In this document: one piece after another, positions 37,375 to 49,900 of the stretch
Numbering within the stretch: the stretch's first letter is position 1
Layout of the letters: every line of letters begins with the position of its first letter
Assembly: GCF_000315625.1 (NCBI RefSeq)
Contig: NW_005434610.1
Span: 136,790-200,789 of the forward strand
Origin: Guillardia theta CCMP2712
Taxonomy: Eukaryota > Protista > Cryptophyta
Length of the DNA: 64,000 bases
Direction: 5' to 3'
The notes under the pieces: generated by a model
The model's input: the letters and a program-made list of their open reading frames with translations, nothing else
Database searches by the model: none
Told to the model about the DNA's origin: nothing
Position numbers and translations under genes: made by a program

Positions 37375-37889
37375 TTGCATAATTATAAGCATTATACATA
37401 ATTATATGATAAAAAATAAAAATAAAAAATGACCAGTCGGAGTAAAACAGAGTTGACTAATTTCGGAACGTCATGTCGAGAAGGCGAAGGGGAAGGAGGA
37501 GGGGGGGGAGGAGGAGAAGGGAGGTTGAGGGTAGTGAAGGGAGTTAAGAGTAGGATAAGTAAGAGAAAATGGTCAGAGATAGAGGAGCAAGTGGAAGCAT
37601 GGGAGAAAGTGGGGGAGGACGAAGTAGTTGAACGCAAGTTAGAGGAAGAAGTTGAAGAGGAAGTATGGGGAAAGGAGGAAGGTCCTGCGCTTCTTATGGT
37701 GAACCAGACCAAAGTGCATGCTGAAGTGTCTTACATTTGCGTGTGGTCTTGCTTTACTTGTGGAGAAACTAGAGTTCTTTGCGGAGATCGTTTGACAGCT
37801 TAGCACTCAGGGGGTCTTACTGGAAATCTTGTCGTTTTGCTTTGCATGACTTGTACTCAAGCTCGGGATATTAGCTGACATATGTCACA

Positions 37890-39685
37890 GTGCATGATCA
37901 AGATGAGCAGGACCTGAAGAAGAGGATGGCGTTTGCTGCCGAACCTCCCCGCAAGAGGGACATGAAATATCACGAGGACGACAATAAAGAAGTTCAAGAG
38001 ACTGCTCTGAAGAGAGAGCTTGATGTGTTCGATCTCACAATCATCGGTGTCGGAGGGATCGTGGGAGCTGGGATCTTCGTCCTCTCCGGGCAAGCAGCAG
38101 CCATGTACGCGGGCCCTGCGGTGGTTCTTTCCTTTGCGATCGCAGGAGGGTGTTGTACAATCTACGCTCTGTGCTTTGCCGAGCTCTCCACCATGGTCAC
38201 AGACACTGGGAGTGCGTACACGTACGCTCGTCTCGCCTTCGGGAATTTTGTCGGGTGGATCGTGGGATGGTCGCTGGTGGCAGAGTACTTGTTCTGTGTC
38301 TCTGCTGTCTCGGTGGGATGGAGCGGTTATGCGAGCGAGATCTTTCAGCAGCTGGGAGTTCCTCTGAGCTCCCGATGGAGTACTCCACCCTTAGCCTTCG
38401 ACGAGAACCACAACATCTACTTCACTGGTGCTGTGCTCAACGGCCCTGCTGTCTTCCTCGTCGTCTTCGCCTCCATCATCGTTGGGCTCGGCGTCAGGAT
38501 GTCAGCCATCGTTGCCAAGGTCAGCGTGCTGATCAAGCTGGGGGTGATCGCGACGTTCCTTGCCTGCGGCATGTTCTTCATCCACGGAGAGAACTACAGC
38601 CCCTTCGTTCCCGAGAACAAGGAGGGCGACTTCAAGGACTTCGGGCACTTCGGGTGGTCAGGAGTCTTGAGAGGGTCGAGCATTGTATTCTTTTCCTACG
38701 TCGGTTTCGACGCCATTACTACAGCAGCATCAGAAGCCAAAGATCCGAGCAACGACCTTCCCAACAGCATCTTCTTGAGCCTGGGGATCTCGACTGCGCT
38801 CTACATGCTGGTCCGCTTGCCCTATTCCTCATGCTTCCTGCCCTCTGCCTCCTCCTGCTTCTTTTCTCCTGCCTGCTTCTTGCCTTGAGCGAGCTATTGA
38901 CTCCTCTCTACAGGTCGCCTTCGTCATGTGTGGCCTCGTCTCCTACACAGCCCTGGGAGTTGCCGACCCCATTCTCGTCGCCGTCAAGGCTGCAGGCCCG
39001 GGGCTGTCCTGGCTTGTCCCCCTCATCGCCGTCGCCGTTGTAGTCGGGCTGCCTGGGGTTGTGGTGGTGTCGCTCTATGCTGTGACCCGCGTGCTCTACG
39101 TCATGGCGCTTGACGGAATGCTCCCTCGGCAGTTCCAGGAGGTCAACGAGACCTTCAGCTCCCCGATGTTCAGCACGGGCTTTGCTGGAGTGCTTGCTGC
39201 CATCATCGCTGCCTTGTTCCCCATCTCGGCCATCGCTGAGTTTGTTTCCATTGGCACCCTGCTGGCCTTTGCTGTCATCTGCTATGCTGTCGTCTCCTTG
39301 AGGGAGAAACGCCCCGACATGCCGCGCAACTATCGCGTAATCCTCCTCCCCTCTCCTTCCCCCTTCTTCGTGCGTCCGCCTGACCTTTGTCGTCAGGTAC
39401 CTTTCTCACCCTACCTGCCTTATGCAGGCATGGTCATCGCTGTTTCTCAGGTTTGACCTCCTGCCACCCTCCATCGCTCCTTCTGCACGTTCCTCTTGCA
39501 CGTTTGCTCCTCTTCTCTCTCATTTTCCCTTGAACTTCCTGTCGTGACTTGCGCAAAAGATCCTCTTCCTCCCCTGGATGGCGTGGGTGCGGATGTTGTT
39601 CTGGATCTTGATGGGCCTCGTCATCTGGTACTTCTATGGAAACCGTGTGGAGGAGAAGCCATACTCCTACGATCGGGTAGAGTAA
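37890..39685 (+). CDS. APC-superfamily (CAT-like) amino acid permease; start codon uncertain
   Basis: LKRELDVFDLTIIGVGGIVGAGIFV, AGPAVVLSF, GSAYTY, FFSYVGFD, MALDGMLP and VSIGTLLAF; many TM helices. Confidence 0.9.
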
Positions 39686-39847
39686 GATATCAGAGCGAGT
39701 GCAAACAAAATCTTGGGGCTGAAACAAGGGAGAGGTGAGTAGGAAGGCGAGAGGCAAAGGGATACAGAGCATGAGCAGCGAAGCGTGAGCAGCGCATGCC
39801 TTGATACCTAGTCTCTTCCTCCGCTTGCTCCATCCCCTTCAGCTCCC

Positions 39848-42800
39848 TTACCAATGCTGGACCCCTCGAATGAAGAGCTGCTTCAGCTTGCTCATCAGCT
39901 TCCAGTCCTCACTAGTCATCTCCTCCGCGAAGTGATCTTTCATTGCCTGTATCCCGTCCCGGGTGATCTTGCTGTAAAGTTTCACCTTGTGATCGAACTG
40001 CCGCCCATAGAGGATGTGTGACTGCTGGTCGTTGCTGGGCTCGATCTTCACTGCGACGCTCATCCCGACCTTCGCCACCTTCACCTCCTTGTGGTTGTTC
40101 TGGATGGACGTCACTTTGCCGATCTCTAGAAAGTTGAGCTCAGGAATGCAGAGAGGCGTTCCAACCTGCCAGATGACAGTTGAGTCTGAGCCGCGAGGAG
40201 GGGGGGGGGGGGGGGAAGGGGGGAAGGGTCAGGTGAGGGCGAGGAAGAAGAGGGAGAGAGCTAAATGTGAGCTTGATCAGTGGGAGGCATGAGGGAGAGG
40301 CAAGAATCAGTGAGGCAGGAGAAGAGGTAGCAGGGCAGGGGGAGAAGGAGGTACAAGAGGAGGGAACATGAGACGGGGAGCAGGGGAGCTAGAATGGAGT
40401 ACCTTGAGCGAACCCTCCTTCACCTCACAACCGAGAATGATCGGATTTCTCTTGTTGAACACGTTCTTTGGGATGATACTGAGGATCACAGGGAAGACGG
40501 CGACGCCATTGGAGTACAGCTGGACAGGTTGTCATGCACGGAGCGGGTGCGGGGTGACTTGACCTGCTCCCTCTTTGCCGCCTTCTTCTCCTCCATGAAA
40601 CTCTTGAACTGATCGAAGAGATGGTAGATGATGTTCGCTGTAAAGATCTTGATTCCAGCCTTCTTTGCAAGCGCCTCTGCCTCAGGCACAATCTGCTCGC
40701 TGTCAGCTCCGTTGCTTCCGCTTCCTCCTGCTCACCTTCACATCGAAGGCCAAGATCATGGCCAGGTCTGGCGCTCGTTCGAGCATTGCACTGCATGAGA
40801 TTGAGAGGAAGCAAACGCATAGATGTCGATCACAAGTGACAAGAACAAGAGGACGCGACAAGACATAGCAGTCGCATCAAACACCCACCACGATGTTCAA
40901 CTCTCCCACATCATCTCAACAAGGGACAAGATCTTTCCAACCTGGCTCGGATGACATCTTTCTTGTGCACGGGCCCGATGTTGATGGAGGCAACAGGAAT
41001 GCTCGAGTTGTGCAGGAAGTCCAAAAGTGCCTCCAGAGCTCCCAAGGTCGATGCCTTGGAAAATGTCAGTCTGATAACTCCTTCCTCCTCCTCCTCCTCC
41101 CTCCATCTGCTTGCCAACCACCTCCCTTCACCTTACTCTTTACCCCCCCCCACCCCCCCCCATTCTTCTCCCAACTCCTTTCTCTTCACTCCCTCCTCTT
41201 CACTCTCCCCTCCTCTGCCCTTCCTCGCATGTTACCTGGACATGAACACCTTTCCCGGACTTGTCCACGTCTTTCTTCAGCTCCTCAAGGTCTTCCATCA
41301 CCGAGCTGGGAAATGTCAATCGCCGCCAACAGTACCCTCCTCCCACCTCTTGAGCTCCTCTATATCATCTTCCTTCTCCAGTCTGAGCAGCGACGTTCCT
41401 GAGAGCGAATCAAGACTAAGACGTCTCCTCGCCCTTGTCACCTGCTACTGCTCCTTCCAGACCGCTCGCTGCAATCTTCACGCCCATGGCGGCCTGCAGA
41501 CTTGATGTCACGGGCGGGAGAGCGACGGCCATGCTTGCCTCTATGCTCTTGTGGTGGACATACTCGTTCTTCACGCGCAGTTCTTTCATAGGGTGAGGAG
41601 TGAGGAGAGTCCTGATGGTCGTGACGATTGGGCCCTGCATGCCGCAAACCACAATCGTGTCGCCCTCGTGCAGCTCTCCATGGACTGCCGAAACGACCGG
41701 CGTCAGCATCTGACACTCGAGGAGGGGAAGGAACCAAGGATAATATCGAGCGTGGTCCCGAAGCCTTCCGTCACTTTGACCTTTGGTGAAACTTCAGTGG
41801 GGAGGAAGAGGAGGAGAGGAGGAGAAGCAGAAGTGAGAGGAAGCGAAGGGAGTTGCCAGGACGAGCAGCGGAAGGCGATGAGCAGACCTCAAGAACCGTC
41901 GCCTCAAGAGCTTCGCTGAGCATCAATCTGAAGGGAACGTTCAGCGAAGAAGGGACGGTGAGTGGGAATATCGACCTGTCGACCAACATCTTCTGGGTCA
42001 ACTGGATGCCGAGGAGGAGGAGATCAGGGACGCCTTCACCGGTGATCGCCGATGTTGGAACCACCGAGACCACCTGCGACAAGCAGAAGTGAATATGCAC
42101 GCGCAACCAAATCAATCTGTTTGTGACTAGGAGAAATTGATGGCAATCGCCAGTTCTTACTTTTCTTGGGTTCTTGTTCTCGTAGTAGAGATCAGCATTC
42201 AATCCCTGGCTAGCTATCTCTCCCTTCATTGGGTGTTACCATCCACTGAGTATCCGTACTTCAATCACCTTAATCCCTTGCCACCTGCTTTCAAACTCTC
42301 TGACTGTATGGCTCTTCTGCTTGGCTAGCGTATCCTGTCGATGAAGCGATATTACAATGAAAGGTTGGCTCCAGCAGGACAAGCAGCACCTGTATCGGAG
42401 AATCTTTGTTCGGCTGCCAATCATAGCATCTGATCTCGAGTTACAACGTCTTTGAGTGTTCAAGAACATGGAATGACCGATCGATCTTGTTCAAGGCGAC
42501 AAGAAAAGGGCACCTCCTCCTCTTCAACAGCTGCAGAAATTCAGCACGGAAATCTCCGACACGCCTTCCCAGTCACCTGCAGAGATTCGATCGTCTGGGG
42601 CTCCAGCCCGTGCATGATGTCGACAACGAGGACGCAGATGTCGCAGATCGAAGTTCCTCGTGACCGGAGGTTGCTGAACGATTCGTGTCCGGGGGTATCG
42701 ATCACCAGCAGCCCGGGAATCTTGTAGTCGACCTTAACAGAATGGGACACCTGATCCGTGAGCTTGCGCAGGTTTGTCATGGGGAAGAACGTCGCGCCAA

Positions 42801-43559
42801 TCTGCTGTGTGATCCCTCCCGCCTCTCCCTCTTGCACGTTGGTCTTCCTTACTTTGTCCAACAACTTTGTCTTTCCGGTGTCCACATGTCCCAGTACACA
42901 GAGGATGGGCGACCTCAATCTGGCAAGATTCGTCAGAGAGCTGAGAGAGGCGAACAAGATCATCGAGAACAGTCCTTTCACCTGTCTTTGCTTCTCGCTT
43001 GCTTCGCGTCTTCCTTCCTTTGCAAACGATCCTGCTTCGCTGCTTCGATTCTTGCCAGCAGTGCCTCGTCGACCTGCGCACTTTCCTCCTCGTCGCTCTC
43101 CTCCTCCTCGCCTTCTTGCTTCCTCCTCCGCTTCTCTTCCTCTTGTTTCCTGGCTGCCAGCAATTCCTCTGGTATCTTGTACTTGTCGTCTGTATTGAGA
43201 TACTGGATGTCCTGTGTCAATTCCTCCAGGTCGACCGCCTCTTCCGCCTCCTGCGTGTTCGCTCCTGCCACGTCCTGATCGTCACTGTCGTCTGATGAAA
43301 CATAGCTCGATGTCCCCAGCTCCGACGAGCTCTCCCCTTTTGCTGCTCCTCCCCGCAACCGCAGTCGCGCCGAAGATGAAAGCTGTGAAAAGTCGTTCAA
43401 GAAACGCTGCGAGGTCGACCCTGAGGAGACGATTCGAGGAAGATGGATGCCAACCTTGTGCTGCGAACTCTCAAGAAGCGTTGTGCATCCAACAAGCAGC
43501 AAGATTGCAACGGAAACGTAAAACTTGCTGTGCGCGTCCACGGCGAATTCCCGAAACAT
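39848..43559 (-). CDS. eIF5B: Eukaryote-type translation initiation factor eIF5B with bipartite (signal + transit) presequence, probably periplastid-targeted
   Basis: [81 protein letters not shown] and [10 protein letters not shown]-terminal hydrophobic signal followed by ..ARLRLRGG. Confidence 0.93.
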
Positions 43560-44589
43560 ATTAATCGAACTATGTGGAGGAAAACTCTGGGAACTCGGAG
43601 ACCGGCTGAACCATCAGACGCTGCGAGCAAGATCAGGTTGCAAGAATGAACACCATCGATGAAAGAGCTTCAATCCACTCTCTCTTCAACTTCTATCAAG
43701 AATGTGTGGGAGCACCAACTCAAACGGGTTAGAGATAGCGGTCGTGAATCAATGACTTTCGGCTTTCGTCACCCCAAGACTAAGAGCATTTTGTCTTCCA
43801 GAGCATCAAAAAGCCGTCCCTCATGTACTGTCTCCTTTCTACCATATCTTTCATGCATCGAAAGTACATGATCACTTGGCCCCCGTATCGCCCTCAGCAA
43901 TCATTCCATCCCTCTCTGGAGTTCTTCACTTTCATGCTCATCCCCTTTCTCTAGCACTGTTCAAAGGACATCTTTCATCCTAATCCTTATTCTCCTCCTC
44001 CTCCTCCTCCTCCTCCTCCTCTCGTAACGGCGATCGCATTTCATCGATCCTCATAGCGACCGCCCCCGCAAGTACCCCCACCCCCTCTGACCAGTTTCAG
44101 CCAACAAAATCTTTCCTACCCCACTTTGAGTTAATCCACCTACCACTACCACCAACGACATTACTATTGAGCACCCGTCCTAGACTACCCATAGATACAA
44201 TATACCCCACCACTTTGTATCCACCCCAGCTTTCTCCCCACCCCGTCTCCTGTAGGGAATTCTGGTGAAATGCAAGGGTGCTTCGAGCTATTGCCTGCTA
44301 CTCCCCCCACCCACCCCCACCCCACCCTCCTGATGAGGTAGGCTAAGCGTTTCACGCCAGGCCCAGAGGTCCAGATGTCCAGATCCCGTGGTACTAACTT
44401 TACTCAATAAATTTGAAATCATCTGGACCAATGGCATAAAAGAGAATTATATTTCCAAAGGTCGAGATGGTGAACCGTTGTGGTCGAGTTTGTCAGCAGG
44501 GTGATTGCACCCTCATACCCATGCTTCCCGCCCTTCCCTTCCTGCCTTGCTGTGTACCCCGTGCGGACTCCAGTGATGAAGCTCGAGTT

Positions 44590-45400
44590 TGCCATTAGCT
44601 CGAGCTAATGGCAAACTTGAGTACCTTGAGTACCTTGAATCCCTGTCGCATGATGACGAAAGTATTCTGGAGACATGGACACGTTGTGAGATGCTTCTGT
44701 TGATGTGCAATGTGACGGGCAATGACGAGAAAGCGCCTGAACTGGGGGGAATGGGTGGAGACCCTATTGGACAAGGAAGTCATTCTTCGCCTTTAACGTG
44801 CAGGCCGTGTGTGATGCCAATCGAAAGGGTGCAGCCCTAGCAAGAGATGGCAGAAACATTGGAAATGGAATGTATATAGTTGGAGATGCAGCATACAAAG
44901 GAATTCCTGGAATAATCACTCCTTTTGATGGATCAAAGCTCCCAATTTGGCAAGACAGTTATAATTTTCATCAATCTCAAATCCGGACTAACATTGAGTG
45001 CGCATTCGGAATGTTGAGGAACAGATGGGGAGTGTTCTGGCGTGGATTACGCACAGACTCACTGGAAATTGCAAGCACTAGTGTGAGTGTATGTTTGCAA
45101 TTGCACAATTTTATATTAGACATGGATGGAACAGATGCCGATCCTCTTGAGGAAATTATTGTAGAATAGGAGTACTGCTCCCCCGTGCCATGCCAGGACA
45201 GATTGTCAGAACAGCATCGACCTATCTTGAATGAAAACGGTGGTCCAGCTGATTTTTGGTCGAGTTCTCCCATCAACGCCATGGTTACTGACGAGTTTGA
45301 CAGTGTCAGTATCAGGAACAGTCTAGTTGAAACACTGCAAAACATGCAGATACCAAGACCATCCTGGAATCAAAGGCCGCCGCCAGATTCTTCGATGTAA
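44590..45400 (+). pseudogene. Harbinger (DDE_Tnp_4-like) transposase pseudogene
   Basis: YWTRKSFFAFNVQAVCDANRK, YIVGDAAY and YNFHQSQIRTNIECAFGMLRNRWG are present. The GAIDG and PGSxHD segments are missing, there is a frameshift near 44760 and an in-frame TAG at 45167-45169. Confidence 0.85.
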
Positions 45401-45436
45401 AAGGTCATTACTGGATCATTCAGAGAAATAAATTTT

Positions 45437-46111
45437 TTATGTCATACCTTGCATAGACGCAGCAGCTAATGCATTACGTCTCGCTCTGATTTCTTGAAGA
45501 GAAATTTTGATTTGCGATATTTCATCCTTGAGGGTCTCAGCAATCACATGGTCAACATTAGAGCCATATGACTGCAACTGATTGGTGATATTTAACAGGT
45601 CGTTACGTCGAAGACTCTCCTGCTTGCCCAACTCTGTTATCTGTCTCTCTGTCTCCGTTTGTTTCAGACGATTCACCACTTGCTGAGATGTTGTGTCGTC
45701 ATCGTCGTGTTTCACAGAGATGTTCTTTTGAAGAACGTTTTCCTTCTTGGAGGAAGATTTGCCGAACTGAAAGTCTTCCCTTGAAGGCTTTGAACGATAC
45801 CTCTTGCGAACCAAATGACCTTTGTCATTACCGGACATATCCTTCATGAGTGGCTGATCAAGTGGATATCCACAATCATCCTTAGGTGATTCAGGAGAGG
45901 TACCAATGGCAGCAGATTGACTGCAATGCTCTGGCAAGCCCTTACCATCATCATTGATAGCAAAACTTCAACCAACATGACGAGCACAAACGATGGTGAC
46001 ATACATGTGCAGAGCAGAAACGATGGTGAGATACATGTGCAATCATGGAACCGGCAGGGTCGATTGGTTGGCAACATTGCGCACAGACAGTGAACCCTCT
46101 GCCTGACATGA
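45437..46111 (-). pseudogene. Transposon ORF2 remnant: Cys/His-rich N-terminus + coiled-coil C-terminus
   Basis: CAQC..HVC..CSSC is joined to ORF 45437-45937 by an apparent 1-nt frameshift near 45962; there is a local 30-bp duplication. Confidence 0.55.
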
Positions 46112-46969
46112 AGTTCTGCGCGGCCGTACCGATACCGGCCAAAGCCAGGTAGGGGAAGGGCCGGACATCAAATGTACCTAGTCCAAGCTCCGCACTATGC
46201 CGTAATACATATCTAGGTATTTAGACGATGGCTAACCTTGCCTATACCACCCAACCTAAACGACGGGCTCGGGCGGGAAACGACCGTGACTGGATCGTGA
46301 TAATTTCATATTTAAAAATATGTATATTTGAAATTTATTTGAAACAGGTTCTGGGGATCTGGACCTCTGGGCCTGGCGTGAAACGGGGTCAGCAGAAGTC
46401 AGGATAGGTGGGTAGTTGTAAACCAGGGGGGTAGGGTTATATTCCTAGAAGGAAGGGTTCTTTTTGAGAATGTAGGGTGGGGTACTGTACCGCTGAATCT
46501 GACTGTTAAATGGGTGGGTACTGACATGGAGTTTTTTGGGTAGGGGTGATCAATGGGAGCGTGAGGAAGGGCAGAGCGCGGGAAATGTCGGATTCTGCGA
46601 AAATCAGGTGAAGAGAAGAGAGGAAATGGAAGGGGGAAGGGATAGAAGTGAAGGAGAAGATAGGGGCAGAAGGAATGGCGGACGGGAAGGTAGGACGGCA
46701 AGGTAGGACGGGGGAGAGGAGGAGAGAGGACAGGTTCAAGTCAAGCTGACAAGAACGAAGAAGTTGGACAGCAACAGATTTCAGCAGATGATAGCTTCAC
46801 GAGAATAGTCGAAGGGCGAGAGAAACAGATTTTTGAGCAAAGCACATGGGATCTGGGAATGGAGATTGATCAAGCTTATGGAATCAGAACGGAATAGCCG
46901 TGGGGTTGTGAAGCAGGACAAGATGAGAAGCAGATTATGAAGGGCTATGATGCCTAAGTTGATGATCTC

Positions 46970-49900
46970 ATGGAGATTTGCTTCATGCCACCACGACATT
47001 GTGTGACTTCCTACTTTGACAGCCCAAAATTTCTGAATTTTGCTACTCCGACATTTCGTGGGATCTGTTCCAGACTCCATTTTCCCCTTGTCGGGGAAAG
47101 GAAATCCGACAAAAAAGCTATGGAAGAGGAATGTGGTAGAGAAGAGGTTGAAATGACACCCGACTGTAACTCGTGTGTTTCTGCCGTCGGAAACCATGAA
47201 CAGTCTCGTCAACACAAGTCAGATGTAGCGATGGAGGACAGTACTCTGAACAACAGTGTTTCTGTATCCTTGAGGTTTGAGAATATGGTTGTCAGTCCTC
47301 CAACACAGATCAAAGACAAACGCAAGAGACGACGTCCTGGAGCGCGGGACCTCGACCTTTTCACTCTGACTGACAAGTCAAAGAAGGCTCGTGGATCACC
47401 TTCCTTACGTGAAAGAAGAGAATGTGAAACATCTACAGAAGATTCGAAAAGCATGGATCCTGCTAACATGATGGAATCTCCATGTGTCAACAACCCAGTA
47501 TCGAATTCGAGGGTTAAGCTCAAATTTGGAATCGAGGACCTTGTGCTTCATGAGAATTGTAGCATGGACTTTAGTGACGAGAGCCCGGAGAAAAAATTGA
47601 TTTGCATCAAATTCAAGAGCGAAGAACAGATCCATTTCTTTTATGTGTATGGTTTTGCAGTGACTCCGGATTTGTATGCTCAAGATTCATATTTTGTTAC
47701 TGATGGCAAAAGAGTTTTTGCAATTTTTCTACATCCCAACAAAAGAATTACAGACAAGAATCTTGTAGTTTTTGCAGACGACTCTTGGGCAATTCTGAAG
47801 GTAACAGACTTCTTGATAGAACCTATGCAACCTCCATTGCCATCTCCAGCCAAGCTCAGAACCAGACAAACCAGACAAAGTCAGGATCTCTGTTCACTAC
47901 TTCGCGGATGCGTGGTACTTCCACGTTTTCAATCTTTCGTTTTCTCGTGTTGCCAGGGAGAACAAGCAACTATTTTGTACAGATTCAAAGATCAATGGAA
48001 GAAGGTGATCATTGACAAAAAGGAAAAGAGGAGTTCTTACTTCGTCGTTCTGGAAGATGGAAGCAAAACTAAAGTCAGAATGCTAGAATCAAAATACTTG
48101 AATGCGTCGGATCTTGGCACGAAGTTGAAAAGCAAACATGGAGTGGATGATGACATGGGACGATGGTTCGCAGTGTTCAACTTGTCATCAGTACTGCAAA
48201 ATCCCTCCTTTTTTGATTTCGATGTTCGAGGAGAGTCTCAGTCTCTTGTAAAACTTGAAGAACCTGATGATTCAGATGTTTCTGGTGCAGCATTCGCATC
48301 AGAATCTGACGTGGAATTTCAATCACCTCCTAGATCTGCTCAAGGAAAAAGGAGAGTAAGTCGAAAACATCATGGACGTGATAACAAAATTTCAAAACTC
48401 CAGGAAGAGATCACTCCAACTCCCGATGAAGGCTTATACGAGATTGTTGAGTTTTTTGAAGAAACCGATGCTGCGGAAGTATCAGAATCTAGAACGGACC
48501 TGATGGAATTCGACGAATCTCCGATAGAAAATCGCAAACCAGATTTTGCATCAGTGCCGTACATGTCGGACATTCCACCTGAAAGGCCTCAATCTCCTTG
48601 TCAACACGACGCAAACGTGTTAACAGAATCACAAGAGATCGGACCGGCAGTCAATGATCAAGAATCATTGAAAATCAATCATGAAGTCGAGCATTCAATC
48701 AAAGAGGATCATCAAAGTCCATTGGAAGACGATAATCAAAACGTTCTGGAAGATGATCGTGTTGGAATATTGGACGATGAAACTGACACAATACCGGGAG
48801 GGGATTATCCAAGTGTATCACAGAATGATGATGCAATGGTGTTAGAAAGGACAGGAGCTGTACCGGAGAAGTATGGAGAAGCTTCATCTGAAAACAAGAC
48901 ACAAGCTGTATGTGAGAACAACAATGGAAATGTTCTGAAGAACCAAGAAGAAACTGTTAATCTTTTGAGGAACCAAGACGAAACTGTATTCGTCAATGAC
49001 AAAACTCAAGAAGTCGAAAGTGAGAAAACGCAGCAAACTGCATTGGAGGAGACAGCTGACAATGTATCAGAGCAGTTGCAACAAGGGGTATCGGGCAAAC
49101 CAGAGACTGTAACAGACATGACACAAAATATTTCATTGGAGAACACGCAGGAACCCATATCGCTGAGTGCGCAGGAAACTGTATTGAAGAACGAAATGCA
49201 GACTGTATTGGCGAAAACACAAGAGACTGCATCGGATAGAACAGAAGAGAAGCAAGAATCTGGATTGGAGAAGATACAAGAATGTGTATCGCAGAACATC
49301 GAGGATAACGTGCAAATCGAAGACAACAACCAGCACGATGAAAAAGTTGAAATGTTCTGTAAACCAGAATGTGTCTCGGAGAACAACGAAGAAAAGGAAA
49401 TGAGGAACAATGATGAGATTGTATTTGAGATGCCACTCGAGACAATGATAGATGAGAACGAAGAAACGGTTCATCGAAACAACGATGTGATGGAGAACAA
49501 AAATGATTGTGATTTCAAGGAAAAGGAAGAACATTCGTGCGACGATAAGTCTATGGAAATACTAGAGGATGAAGCACCCGAAAACACACATGCGATGGCG
49601 TGCGATGCAAACCTGGATGAAGAGCCCGCACACAAGAAGATGTCTGTAAGGGACGAATTGTTGATTTATCCTGTGGACCAGCGATTTCTCAACGAAGTGG
49701 AAAAACAGTTCGACTTAACGAGAATGGTTGGTTCGGGAACTTTTGGGGAGGTTTATGAGGCGTACGATAGGGTGAATCATCGCAAAGTTGCAATCAAACG
49801 ATTGTTTCCCTATCAGACTCTTGATGCCCACAAGAAGGAGGCTGGGTTCATATCAAGCCTGAATGGCAAACCCAACATTGTACAGCTTCAATACAGCCCG

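Larger units (their letters stand above)
44348..46385. mobile_element. Decayed PIF/Harbinger-type DNA transposon with 29-bp terminal inverted repeats
   Basis: CGTTTCACGCCAGGCCCAGAGGTCCAGAT at 44348-44376 and its exact reverse complement at 46357-46385 enclose a DDE transposase remnant and a convergent second ORF. The TSD is not cleanly resolved. Confidence 0.9.
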
